In this document: piece by piece, positions 1 to 8,955 of the stretch
How the letters are laid out: each line of letters opens with the position of its first letter
Position numbering within the stretch: the stretch's first letter is position 1
Assembly: GCA_041599395.1 (NCBI GenBank)
Contig: JBFHWR010000002.1
Coordinates: forward strand, 1-37,749
DNA length: 37,749 nucleotides
DNA from: Gemmatimonadales bacterium
Lineage (GTDB): Bacteria > Gemmatimonadota > Gemmatimonadetes > Gemmatimonadales > GWC2-71-9
Direction: 5' to 3'
The notes under the pieces: generated by a model
Told to the model about the DNA's origin: nothing
The model's input: the letters and a program-made list of their open reading frames with translations, nothing else
Databases searched by the model: none
Translations under genes and position numbers: made by a program

Positions 1-74
1 ACCGCCGGTCGGGGCGTGGCCGGCGGCGGGGCGACCCACAGCAACATGGTCACGAGATACAGCAGCGCGCTCAT
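1..74 (-). CDS. hypothetical (hydrophobic N-terminus) protein, 5' fragment running off the left edge
   Basis: The ATG at 74..72 is preceded by AGGA with 5 nt spacing. It reads MSALLYLVTMLLWVAPPPATPRPA.. with G/C-rich third positions. It is too short and truncated to appear in the ORF track. Confidence 0.4.
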   Translation of the reverse strand, partial: MSALLYLVTMLLWVAPPPATPRPA

Positions 75-81
75 GCCGGTC

Positions 82-834
82 CTATGCCGTTCCCTCGAGG
101 TACCGCCGCCGCGTCCGCTCCGGGAATTTCTCGATGGCGTATCGCAACATTGTCCGTGGCATAATAGCGTAATGCGCTGCCAGGAACCCCTGCGCTGCGC
201 TCACATCGCGATTGCCTACCTCTCGAAGCATCCACCCCACCGCCTTGTGAATGAGATCCTCGTCATCGGCAAGTAACATTCTGGCGATTTTGAAGGTTTC
301 TGTAAACTCACGGCGCCTGATGAAGTGTAACGTCGCCATGATGGCGATGCGGCGCTCCCACAACGAGCGCGACCTCGCGAAGCGGTAGAGCGGTTGTTTG
401 CTTCGCCGATCGAGGTACGCTCCCACGATGTGCGGTGCGGAACCGTCTACGAGATCCCAGCTATTGACGAAGCGCGTATGGCTCGAGTACAGATCGAAGA
501 TCCGTTTCTTGCCGGCCGGCCCCGCCTTGCTGAATTGGTGCGTGAGGATCACGAGGGCGAACAGTCGTTCTTCGTGGATCCGCGACCGGAGCAGCCGGCG
601 TACGTCGTTGAGCGGAAGGGAGCGGTATGTACGCGCCACGGCACGAACGCGAGGGACGCGCACGCCGAGAAACACGTCTCCCTCACCGTACTCGCCGGGT
701 CCCGTCTTGAAGAAGCGTCGGCTCATTGCCGCTCGCTCCTTGCTCGCGTGCTGGGCCAACTCGCGTGACGCGGCGCGTGCGGTCAGGTCGCGCTTCAGCA
801 GTGCCGCGCGCGGCCGGATCGGACGGTCAGGCAT
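82..834 (-). CDS. DNA alkylation repair protein (AlkD/AlkC-like HEAT-repeat family)
   Basis: ORF 82..930. The sequence has the family-typical ..FFKTGPGEYGEGDVFLGVRVP..., ...WDLVD.SAP.IVG..., ...WERR.AI..T and ..HKAVGWMLREVG... motifs. Start chosen at MPDRPIRP (ATG 834..832), which overlaps the stop of the upstream GNAT gene by 8 nt. Confidence 0.85.
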   Translation of the reverse strand: MPDRPIRPRAALLKRDLTARAASRELAQHASKERAAMSRRFFKTGPGEYGEGDVFLGVRVPRVRAVARTYRSLPLNDVRRLLRSRIHEERLFALVILTHQFSKAGPAGKKRIFDLYSSHTRFVNSWDLVDGSAPHIVGAYLDRRSKQPLYRFARSRSLWERRIAIMATLHFIRRREFTETFKIARMLLADDEDLIHKAVGWMLREVGNRDVSAAQGFLAAHYAIMPRTMLRYAIEKFPERTRRRYLEGTA

Positions 835-1381
835 GACGTACGGTATAGGGACCGTCTTCCGGCTGGAAGTCGTCAGACGACAGCGAGTAGTACACGAGAT
901 CCGAAGTGTTGATCGACACGCGTTTCTCAAAGCGCATGCCGGTGTTCTCCATCACGCTAATCGAGTCGGTATTTGGCGCGTTCGCGCTGGCGACGATTCG
1001 GTGGAATCCGAGCTGCTCGAATCCATACCGCATCACAGCCCGCGCGGCCTCCGTTGCAAACCCCCGGCCCCAGACGCGCGGGTGCAGTCCATAGAGAAGT
1101 TGCAGTTCCGGGGGCTCGTGGAAGAAACGATATCCGCAGAAGCCGATCAGTCGATCACCATCCTGAGGTCGGACACCCCATTGTCCCATCCCGTGGTCCT
1201 CGAAGAGGCGGATCGAGTCCTGGATCTCCGATGCGACCCAGTCCGGCGACACGACCTTGTCGTCGAAGAGATACTTTCGCACAGCGGGCTCGGTCCACAT
1301 GGCATGGAGCGCGTCCCGATCGTCTGGCGTGTAGGGACGCAAGCTGAGCCGTGCCGTTTGAATGATCGGGCTGCGAGGCAT
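827..1381 (-). CDS. GNAT family N-acetyltransferase (RimJ/RimL-like)
   Basis: ORF 827..1537. It reads ..IQTARLSLRPYTPDDRDALHAMW.., with the acetyl-CoA motif ..LHPRVWGRGFATEAARAVMRYGF.. and ..ENTGMRFEKR... Start taken at MPRSPII (1381). Confidence 0.85.
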   Translation of the reverse strand: MPRSPIIQTARLSLRPYTPDDRDALHAMWTEPAVRKYLFDDKVVSPDWVASEIQDSIRLFEDHGMGQWGVRPQDGDRLIGFCGYRFFHEPPELQLLYGLHPRVWGRGFATEAARAVMRYGFEQLGFHRIVASANAPNTDSISVMENTGMRFEKRVSINTSDLVYYSLSSDDFQPEDGPYTVRHA

Positions 1382-1597
1382 CTGTGACCCCTCAGGGCGA
1401 ACCTGCTCGGAATCGATACGCCGGCGCTGCCGTACCACGCTATGTCGCAAATCACTTGTAGTGGATGGAACGCGCCGGGGCAAGGCTGAGTGCTGATGGT
1501 CGGGGAGCCACCCGACTAGCGAGGGCCCGATCGCCATCCCTACCTTAAGAGCGTGAGCCGGTCAAGGTGGGTGCGTTCTTCTGGTGAGGAGGTTGTC

Positions 1598-2896
1598 GTG
1601 TTTCGAACCAACATGTTGGGCGTGATTCTCTTCTCTCTCGCTGCGATTCCCTGCGCCGCGCAATCTGAAGAAATTGATCGGGCGGTGGATGCCGTGGCGG
1701 CGGAGATCATTGAGCTTCGGCATCGGATCCATCAGAATCCCGAGCTGGCGAATCGCGAATTCGAGACGGCGGCGCTCGTCGCGACGCATCTCCGGAAGCT
1801 CGGCTTTGACCGGGTCGAGACCGGTATTGCCCATACGGGAGTGGTCGCCGTCCTGGAAGGCGCCAAGCCGGGTCCGGTGGTGGCGGTTCGGGCTGACATG
1901 GATGCGCTTCCGGTTACGGAAGATACGCCGTTTTCGTTCAAATCCACGGTTCGCACGACGTATCTCGGTCAGGATGTCGGCGTGTCGCATGCGTGTGGAC
2001 ACGACATTCATACCGCGGTGCAATTGGGAGTGGCGTCGGTGCTCGCCTCGCTGCGGGATGAGCTGCCGGGCACGGTCAAGTTCATCTTCCAGCCGGCGGA
2101 GGAGGGCGTGCCGCCCAACGAGGAAGGTGGTGCGGAGTTGATGGTGCGCGAGGGAGTGCTCGAGAATCCTCGACCGCGCGCCATCTTTGGTTTGCACACG
2201 TTCGCCGCATTGGAGGTGGGGACGGTCGGGTACAATATCGGGCCTGCGCTTGCTGCGGTGGATCATTTCCGCGTGGTCGTCCGCGGGAAGCAGGCCCACG
2301 GCGCCGCGCCGCATTTGAGCGTAGACCCGGTTGTCATGGCGTCCCAAGCGGTCATGGCTCTGCAAACGATTCGCTCCCGCAACCTGTCCCCGTTGGAGCC
2401 GAGCGTCGTGACCGTCGGAATCATCCGCGGCGGCACGCGATTCAACATCATTCCGGACGAAGTGCGGCTCGAGGGAACGGTCCGCACGTACAACGAGGAC
2501 GTGCGAAACCAAGTTGAAGCGCGCATGAACGAAATTCTCGCCGGGATAACGGCAGCCGGCGGGGGCAGCTACGAACTCGAATATCAACGCAACACGCCGG
2601 CGACCATCAACGACCCTGACCTCTCCAACAAGATGCTTCCCACAATTACCCGTGTCTTGGGTGAGCACAACGTGTTTCCAATCGAGCCGTGGATGGCGGG
2701 CGAGGATTTCGCCTATTATGCGAATGAGGTGCCGGGCTTCTTTTTTAGACTCGGGATGGTCAAACCCGGGACTCGCTCGGGTGGGCACCACACGCCGGAC
2801 TTTCTCGCGGATGACAGCGCGGTCCCCGTAGGCATGCGTGTGATGTCGAACGTCGTGTGGGACTACCTCACGTTTGCCGCGACGGGCCTGCCATAG
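1598..2896 (+). CDS. M20 family amidohydrolase (hippurate hydrolase / N-acyl-L-amino-acid amidohydrolase-like), secreted
   Basis: ORF 1553..2896. Diagnostic stretches are RHRIHQNPELANREFETAALV, VRADMDALP, HACGHDIH, FQPAEEG and GEDFAYY. A signal-peptide-like N-terminus MLGVILFSLAAIPCAAQ is present. Start is uncertain: GTG 1598 follows GAGGAGG, and ATG 1613 is the alternative. Confidence 0.85.
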   Translation: MFRTNMLGVILFSLAAIPCAAQSEEIDRAVDAVAAEIIELRHRIHQNPELANREFETAALVATHLRKLGFDRVETGIAHTGVVAVLEGAKPGPVVAVRADMDALPVTEDTPFSFKSTVRTTYLGQDVGVSHACGHDIHTAVQLGVASVLASLRDELPGTVKFIFQPAEEGVPPNEEGGAELMVREGVLENPRPRAIFGLHTFAALEVGTVGYNIGPALAAVDHFRVVVRGKQAHGAAPHLSVDPVVMASQAVMALQTIRSRNLSPLEPSVVTVGIIRGGTRFNIIPDEVRLEGTVRTYNEDVRNQVEARMNEILAGITAAGGGSYELEYQRNTPATINDPDLSNKMLPTITRVLGEHNVFPIEPWMAGEDFAYYANEVPGFFFRLGMVKPGTRSGGHHTPDFLADDSAVPVGMRVMSNVVWDYLTFAATGLP

Positions 2897-3394
2897 TCAA
2901 AAGCACGGCGCCGGCGCCATCGTCCAGGCACGCTCCTGCGGATCGTCAGGACCTCCATCGATCTGTGCGACCAGTGTTCCTCGTTCGGTCCGGCGGTAGA
3001 GAATTCGCTTGGGATAATCATGCTCGGGCGCTTCGAACATCGCGGCACCGTTCGATTGGGTCGTCAAGCGGAATGAATGTTCGGACCTCTTGCCGTTCGG
3101 GTATGGTGTGAGTGTCACGCCGGTACTGTCGTGCGTGATCAGTGAAAACTCAAACACCACTGTGCGGTTCTGGACGAGATAACGCGTGGTTCCCAGCATC
3201 ACGTTTTCCGAGACCGCCGTATAATGTTCTTCTATCACGCCCTGATCCTCGCCGCTCTCTAACGGGCCCTCCCAGCAACCGCTCATGAAGGCGAGATCGC
3301 TCAGGGTGGGCTCAGCCAGCCGCGCCGCGTCGCGGGCTGCGCCGGCCGTGAGCACGGTGAGCACGAGGAGCGCTGAGAAAACCAACGGTGTCAT
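2897..3394 (-). CDS. DUF6265-like secreted protein
   Basis: ORF 2897..3535. Start taken at MTPLVFSALLVLTVLTAGA (signal peptide; ATG 3394 preceded by GGAGGA). Family-like motifs are SGCWEG and FEAPEHDYPKRILY. Confidence 0.7.
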   Translation of the reverse strand: MTPLVFSALLVLTVLTAGAARDAARLAEPTLSDLAFMSGCWEGPLESGEDQGVIEEHYTAVSENVMLGTTRYLVQNRTVVFEFSLITHDSTGVTLTPYPNGKRSEHSFRLTTQSNGAAMFEAPEHDYPKRILYRRTERGTLVAQIDGGPDDPQERAWTMAPAPCF

Positions 3395-3443
3395 GTCATC
3401 CTCCGGAAAAAAGGGCCAACAGCAGCGAATGGGCCAAACCCCG

Positions 3444-4412
3444 TCAGAGCTCGAACCGCTGACCTTCCTGGGCCACGCTGAAACCACGACGCTCGAGATC
3501 CCGGCGCTCGTTTCCCTCTCGGTCGAACGCGACATTCGTGTTATTCAAGTGGGTGAAGATCACCCGGCGCCCCTCCGCAACGGCCCCTTCGAGCCGCCGC
3601 ATCGTATCGGGAATGAGGGGGTGACGGATGTCTTCCTGACGGCGTCCAGGGACCTCAGCGGCATAATAGAACGATCCGTCCAGCAAGGCGACGTCCGCTT
3701 CGCCGACCACGGTTTCGATCCGCCGATCCCACGTCTCCCAGCGATCGATGTCCGGCAGGTACAAGAGTGTCCGGGATGGTCCGCGAAACAGGAAGCCCAC
3801 CGTATCGGAAAACTCGTCACGGTGGGGTACCGGCAACGGGCGAACGGACATGAGGTCATCTACCCGGTGCCATCGGTCCGTGGACAGGGGACGGAGGTCG
3901 AGCCGGCCCTCCTCGACGAGCAGGCTCCACGGGCCGTTGTCCGATAAGAACGACGCCATCTGTTCGGTGCAATAGCACGGCGTCGGGGCCATGGCGAGCG
4001 CTTCCCGTCCGAGCATTGCGAGCCCGAGATAATGACCGATATGCGCATGGGTGAGAAAGATCCCGTCAAAGGGGCGACGGGCGCGCGCGCGCTCCCGAAA
4101 ATTCGGCTCGCGGATGAGATCGATTTGCCGAGTGATGTCGGGCGTCGCGTCCACCAGGTAGTACCGTTGCACGCTGGGTTGGATGAGCGCAAGCGAAGCG
4201 ATGTAATGCGCGCTCATGCGGGCGCGTTCGCAGCGAGGGCTGTAACAGCCCGTTTGCGGAAGGCCCCCATCCTGCGCCGATCCGAGAACGAGCGCGTAGA
4301 GCTCCGACCGACCCAGGCGCCCTCGCCTCCACCATCCCACATCCGTTGCTGCTCCTGCTACCGCACCGAGGAAGTGCCGCCGCGAGAGGGTGTGAATCCG
4401 CTGCCCGGTCAT
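3444..4412 (-). CDS. MBL-fold metallo-hydrolase, PqqB-like, with twin-arginine signal
   Basis: It has a Tat-like SRRHFLGAVAG and the PqqB-like LGSAQDGGLPQ.GC stretch. The metal motif is FLTHAHIGHYLG, followed by ..LLDGSFY.. and H.L... The start lies 3 nt after the rhomboid stop. Confidence 0.8.
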   Translation of the reverse strand: MTGQRIHTLSRRHFLGAVAGAATDVGWWRRGRLGRSELYALVLGSAQDGGLPQTGCYSPRCERARMSAHYIASLALIQPSVQRYYLVDATPDITRQIDLIREPNFRERARARRPFDGIFLTHAHIGHYLGLAMLGREALAMAPTPCYCTEQMASFLSDNGPWSLLVEEGRLDLRPLSTDRWHRVDDLMSVRPLPVPHRDEFSDTVGFLFRGPSRTLLYLPDIDRWETWDRRIETVVGEADVALLDGSFYYAAEVPGRRQEDIRHPLIPDTMRRLEGAVAEGRRVIFTHLNNTNVAFDREGNERRDLERRGFSVAQEGQRFEL

Positions 4413-4415
4413 CGG

Positions 4416-5174
4416 TCAGCGGGCAGCAAATCGGTCGAGGAAGGCGCGCTCCTCCGGCGTCAGGCTCTCGACGCCGCTCGAACTGATCTTGTCCAGCATG
4501 CGGTCGAGCTCCGCCTGGTTGACTTCGTGCAGCCGGTCCCGCTCGATGGCCCGCCATCGCTGCACATCGGTTTGCGCACTGGTTCCGTGGGGCCGCGTTC
4601 CGAGTGCCGCCTTTCTCTTGAATCTCCGGGCCGGTGAGGAGTAGTCGAGCCACCGAAGGTACAGGAAGCCTCCCAAGAACCCGCCGAGGTGGGCAAAGTG
4701 CGCAATGTTGCCGCCGCCCGAGAACCCCATCCATAACGAGAGCCCCGTCAGGATGATGACCAACCACCGGGCTTCCACCGGCAGGACGCCCCAGATGTAG
4801 AGTACTGCGCGCGGCCAGTAGTACGCGAACCCCAACATGACTCCGAACACGGCGCCTGACGCCCCCACGATTCGCACAAACGGCGTGACGATCGACAGCA
4901 GAGCGCCCGCAATACCGCTCACGAAGTACAGCATGAGAAAACGGCGTCCTCCCAAGCGCGCCTCCAGCCGTGGACCGAGGAAGTACAGACCGAGCATGTT
5001 GAATAACAGATGGCCCGGACCCGCGTGCAAGAACATATACGTGACGATTGTCCACGGTCGCTGCAGCGCGAAGACGGGCACGAATGAGAGTGGATACGCC
5101 AGCTGTGGCGCCAGCATGATGATAAAGAACACGGCGACGTTGGCGATCAGGAGACGAGTGACCCAAGGCGTCAC
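4416..5174 (-). CDS. rhomboid family intramembrane serine protease with C-terminal soluble extension
   Basis: There are multiple TM helices. Motifs seen are HAGPGHLLFNM, the catalytic GASGAVFG and the downstream HLGGFLGG. It starts at GTG 5174. Confidence 0.9.
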   Translation of the reverse strand: MTPWVTRLLIANVAVFFIIMLAPQLAYPLSFVPVFALQRPWTIVTYMFLHAGPGHLLFNMLGLYFLGPRLEARLGGRRFLMLYFVSGIAGALLSIVTPFVRIVGASGAVFGVMLGFAYYWPRAVLYIWGVLPVEARWLVIILTGLSLWMGFSGGGNIAHFAHLGGFLGGFLYLRWLDYSSPARRFKRKAALGTRPHGTSAQTDVQRWRAIERDRLHEVNQAELDRMLDKISSSGVESLTPEERAFLDRFAAR

Positions 5175-5190
5175 GAGAGTCGGCTCACCG

Positions 5191-5793
5191 TCACACGCGC
5201 TCGTCGGGCGACTGTTCCCAGGCTTCCACGGATGGCTCGTCGTCTATCCCCAACCCGTCCGCCACGCGATTGATGTAATTGAAATACCCCACGATCTGTG
5301 TTGCATCGTGAATCCCCACGTCGTCAAAACCGTGCCGCCGGAGCGTTGCAATGTGGTTGACGGTCATCGACTCCGGAAACCTCGTCAGTCGTTCGGCGTA
5401 TTCACAGAGCGCGACGTTTGCGTCGCTCAATCCCGCGCTGCGCCAGTCGGTCGAAATATGACGAACGAATCGATCGATGGCGTTCTCATCGGTAACGCCA
5501 AAATCTCGTGCGACCTCGGCCCGGAGGTCGTGCGCGTGGGCGCGGATTCAGTACACACAGCGGTTCGCAGCCGACACAACAACCGCGAGCATCTCGCGTT
5601 GTCCGCGGCTCAAGGGAGAATCCCCGTGCATGAGCACGCCGTAGAATCGGATCGAGGCCGAGAGCGCGCGTGGGTTCATGCTCATCAAGCTCACGATGTT
5701 CCAGATCCGACCGGCCCGCTTCACCGCAGCATCGTATTGCTGCTTCAGCAATCCAGTGGCCGCACGGTGTGGAATGACCTCAATCCACGACAT
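5191..5793 (-). CDS. AhpD/carboxymuconolactone-decarboxylase-family 'peroxidase-related enzyme' with an in-frame TGA at the redox motif (candidate selenocysteine; otherwise a nonsense pseudogene)
   Basis: Track ORFs 5548..5817 and 5191..5430 are in the same frame (5547-5430 = 117 nt). No other stop lies between them. Read-through gives MSWIEVIPH...SAANRCVY[TGA]IRAHAHDLRAEV...LSDANVALCEYAERLT...YFNYINRVADGLGI, 200 codons. The TGA (5550..5548) replaces the second Cys of the family N-x-C-x-Y-C-x3-H motif. Start is ATG 5793, after GGAGGG. Confidence 0.75.
5511..5530 (-). promoter_or_regulatory. SECIS-like hairpin downstream of the in-frame UGA
   Basis: The mRNA-sense sequence is CGACCUC-CGGGCC-GAGGUCG, a perfect 7-bp stem with a 6-nt G-rich loop. 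The stem starts 17 nt after the UGA and the apical loop starts 24 nt after it. Confidence 0.4.
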
Positions 5794-5947
5794 CTTGGCT
5801 AACCCTCCGCTGCGCATCGCTTTCGGGAACCCCCATACGGTACTATCATGTTAAACACTCCTGTTCACACGCGCAAAGACGAGAGACCGTTGCAGATCAT
5901 GCGCCTGCGGAACCGGCACCAATGGAAGAGAGAGGGGTACGCCAACC

Positions 5948-8785
5948 GTGGAACGGATGAGAGGCATTGCAAAGCTGATTCAAACCGCCGCGTCGGCGGT
6001 TGTTGGTGTCGCGCTGGTGTGCACCACCGCGTACGGACAGGACCCCAGCGCCCTCGACCATCCCCTCCCGGTAGATCCCGACGTGACGATCGGGGCGTTG
6101 CCCAACGGGCTCCGCTACTACATCCGCGTCAATAAGCGGCCGGAACAGCGGGCAGAACTTCGCCTGGTCGTCAACGCCGGCTCGGTCTTGGAAGATGATG
6201 ACCAGCGCGGGCTGGCTCACTTTGTGGAGCACATGGCCTTCAACGGCACCGAGAATTTCCCCGAAGACGATCTCGTGGACTACCTCGAGCGCATTGGCAT
6301 GCGCTTTGGTCCCGACATCAATGCGTTCACCAGCTTTGATGAGACCGTCTACATGCTCCACGTGCCCACCGACTCCGTCGACATCCTGCGCACGGCATTT
6401 CGGATCCTCGATGATTGGGCGCACCGGCAAACCTTTGATCCGATCGAGATCGACAAAGAGCGGGGCGTCGTCATCGAGGAATGGCGACTCGGGCGCGGGG
6501 CCGAGGCGCGGATCATCGATCAGCAGTTTCCCGTCCTGTTCAAGAATTCGCGGTACGCAGACCGTCTGCCAATCGGAACCAAAGAAACGCTGGAGACCGC
6601 ACCGCGAGAGGCGCTCCTGCGGTACTATCGCGATTGGTATCGACCCGATTTGATGGCCGTCGTGGCGGTGGGCGACTTCGACGCCGCTTGGGTGGAAGAG
6701 GTCATCCGCAGCCAGTTTAGCGCGATTGCCGCTGTGCGGACGCCGCGGGAACGGACGCTGTTCCCGGTGCCGGACCATGAGGAGACGTTGTTTGGGCTGG
6801 CAACCGACCCGGAAGCGACGTCGACGGACGTTCACTTGTACTACAAACAACCACTGCGCGCGTTTCGTACCGTGGGTGCGTACCGCCAGAGCATCGTGGA
6901 ACGCCTCTACAACAGTATGCTCAACGCGCGCCTGTTCGAACTCACCCAACAAGCCGACCCGCCGTTCCTCTTCGGATCGTCCGGCCAAGGGCGCTTCATA
7001 CGGTCCAAAGAAGTCTACATGTTGGGAGCAGCCGTGACCGACACGGGCATCACCGAGGGGCTGGCCGCCGTCCTCACCGAAGCCGAGCGGGTGGCGCGTC
7101 ATGGCTTCACGGTGAGCGAGCTCGAGCGACACAAGCTCCAGCTCGTGCGCCGGATGGAGCGCGCGTACGCCGAACGGGAGAAAACGAACTCCGCCTCGTA
7201 TGCCTTTGAGTACACCCAGGCGTTTCTCGAAGACGACCCCATCCCAGGTATTGGCGCCGAGTACGAACTGACCAGGCGCTTTGCGCCGACGATTGCGGTG
7301 GGCGAAGTCAATCAGCTCGCGAGAGAGTGGCTCACGAATCGGAATCGCGTGATCTTGGTTGGCGCGCCGGACAAAGACGGGGTCAGCCTTCCCACCCAAG
7401 ACTCCCTTCTCCGGGTGTTCCAGCATGTCATGAGCCTCGAGATCGAGCCGTACACCGATTTCGCGAGCACCACGCCGCTGGTGACGCAACCACCGGTGCC
7501 AGGTGCGGTGACCAGTGAACTGGAGGTCGCTGGCGTGGGTGTCACTGTCTGGCAACTCTCGAACGGCGCGCGGGTGATCGTGAAGCCGACCGACTTCAAA
7601 GACGACGAGGTGCTCCTCACCGCCTTCAGTCCCGGTGGCACCTCGCTCGCCGCCGACGCCGATTTCGTTGCGGCTGCCACGGCATCGACAGTCATCGACA
7701 TCGGCGGATTGGCGGATCTGAGCCTGGTTGACCTGCAGAAGCAACTCGCCGGCAAGGTCGTGCGGGTGTCCCCCACCATCGGGTCGCTGTACGAGGGGTT
7801 CGGCGGCTCAGCCTCTCCCAAGGATCTCGAAACCCTCTTCCAGCTCATCTACCTCTATGTCATCGCGCCGCGTCGGGACGAGGCGGCGTTCGCGTCTTTC
7901 AAAACGCGAATCCAGGCCTTTCTCGCCAATCGCAGTGCCGACCCAATGGCGGCTTTTCAGGACACGTTGAGCGCGGTGCTGTCGCAGCACCATTTTCGTG
8001 CCCGACCAAGTACACCGGAACTCTACGACGAGATGGACCTGGACAAGTCCCTCTCGTTCTATCGCGAGCGATTTGCAGATCTCAGCGACTTCACGTTTGT
8101 GTTGGTGGGCGCCGTCGAGCCGGCGGCAGTGCGGCCGCTGGTCGAGACGTACATCGCGGGCCTACCGTCCCTCAATCGGGAAGAGCGGTATCGGGATGTG
8201 GGCCTCAGGCCCCCAGCCGGTGTCGTCGAGAGAATCGTGCGGCGTGGTGTCGAGCCACAGAGTCAGACGCAAATCGTGTTCACCGGTTCCGCCCCGTACA
8301 GCGCGGTCGAAGAATATGTCCTCGAAACCTTGGCCTCGGTGTTGGAAATCAGGCTCCGAGAAAAGCTGCGTGAGGACCTGGGTGGCACCTACGGGGTGAA
8401 TGTGAGCGCCACGTTGAACCGAGAACCCATCGAGGACTATGCAATACGGTTGAGCTTCGGGGCCGACCCGGAACGATTGGAGGAGCTGGTGAGAGTCGTT
8501 TTCGACGAGATCGACCGGCTGAAACAGCCTGGTCCACTGGAGCAGCTTGCCAAGGTCACCGAAATGCAGCGCCGGGAACTCGAGACGAATCTCCGGGTGA
8601 ACAACTATTGGCTGAACAAGCTCGCGACAGCAAGCAGGGCAGGTGTCGACCTCCGCACCGTCCTCGACGTCGAGACGTACATCGCCGACGTGACGCCCGA
8701 CATGGTGCGAGCGGCCGCGGTGCAGTATTTCCAGACAGACAACTACGTCCGCGTGTCGCTCTATCCGGAAGCAACCGGGCGCTAG
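5948..8785 (+). CDS. M16 family (pitrilysin/insulinase-like) zinc peptidase, double-length, secreted
   Basis: The inverted zinc motif HxxEH is present (GLAHFVEHMAFNGT). Two peptidase_M16 plus M16_C-like halves give 945 aa. The N-terminal signal is IAKLIQTAASAVVGVALVCTTAYGQ. Start is GTG 5948 or ATG 5957. Confidence 0.9.
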   Translation: MERMRGIAKLIQTAASAVVGVALVCTTAYGQDPSALDHPLPVDPDVTIGALPNGLRYYIRVNKRPEQRAELRLVVNAGSVLEDDDQRGLAHFVEHMAFNGTENFPEDDLVDYLERIGMRFGPDINAFTSFDETVYMLHVPTDSVDILRTAFRILDDWAHRQTFDPIEIDKERGVVIEEWRLGRGAEARIIDQQFPVLFKNSRYADRLPIGTKETLETAPREALLRYYRDWYRPDLMAVVAVGDFDAAWVEEVIRSQFSAIAAVRTPRERTLFPVPDHEETLFGLATDPEATSTDVHLYYKQPLRAFRTVGAYRQSIVERLYNSMLNARLFELTQQADPPFLFGSSGQGRFIRSKEVYMLGAAVTDTGITEGLAAVLTEAERVARHGFTVSELERHKLQLVRRMERAYAEREKTNSASYAFEYTQAFLEDDPIPGIGAEYELTRRFAPTIAVGEVNQLAREWLTNRNRVILVGAPDKDGVSLPTQDSLLRVFQHVMSLEIEPYTDFASTTPLVTQPPVPGAVTSELEVAGVGVTVWQLSNGARVIVKPTDFKDDEVLLTAFSPGGTSLAADADFVAAATASTVIDIGGLADLSLVDLQKQLAGKVVRVSPTIGSLYEGFGGSASPKDLETLFQLIYLYVIAPRRDEAAFASFKTRIQAFLANRSADPMAAFQDTLSAVLSQHHFRARPSTPELYDEMDLDKSLSFYRERFADLSDFTFVLVGAVEPAAVRPLVETYIAGLPSLNREERYRDVGLRPPAGVVERIVRRGVEPQSQTQIVFTGSAPYSAVEEYVLETLASVLEIRLREKLREDLGGTYGVNVSATLNREPIEDYAIRLSFGADPERLEELVRVVFDEIDRLKQPGPLEQLAKVTEMQRRELETNLRVNNYWLNKLATASRAGVDLRTVLDVETYIADVTPDMVRAAAVQYFQTDNYVRVSLYPEATGR

Positions 8786-8955
8786 ACGCGGGCCAATCGG
8801 CCCGGAGCTGACCGGCCCGCTGTGGCGGCCGGGCATCAGGCCGGCGCCGGCACGACGAATCGGGGTGCCGCAAGGCTAGACCGGCCGCAAAAACTGTCTG
8901 GCACGAGCATTGCTATCGATGTTCACGAGCACTGCCGGCGGGGGCCCGTTGCCCG

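Noticed and set aside
5191-5817. Treating 5548..5817 and 5191..5430 as two independent small genes
   Set aside because: They are in the same frame and separated by a single TGA and 39 sense codons. Together they reconstruct one full-length AhpD/CMD-family protein. The 'start' of 5191..5430 is just an internal TTG.
5849-5869. TGTTAAACA / TGTTCACA repeat in the AT-rich divergent spacer between the AhpD-like gene and the M16 peptidase
   Set aside because: It is probably just promoter DNA. I could not derive a convincing -35/-10 pair or a true palindrome from it.
5897-7744. 615-aa ORF on the minus strand, antisense to the M16 peptidase. Similar long antisense or alternative-frame ORFs lie at 1562..2791, 4066..5166, 9252..10211, 11188..12204, 13382..14212, 14425..15231, 21811..23172, 33975..34718, 34162..34986 and 36148..37083.
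   Set aside because: All overlap genes with clear family motifs on the other strand or frame. Their translations are Arg/Gly/Pro/Asp-rich low-complexity sequences with no recognisable motifs. Stop-poor antisense frames are expected in a GC-rich genome, so these are shadow ORFs.
8902-8931. 8-nt direct repeat CACGAGCA ... CACGAGCA flanking an ATCGAT palindrome in the convergent M16/cupin spacer
   Set aside because: It is too short to distinguish from chance. No associated hairpin plus U-tract or other context is present.
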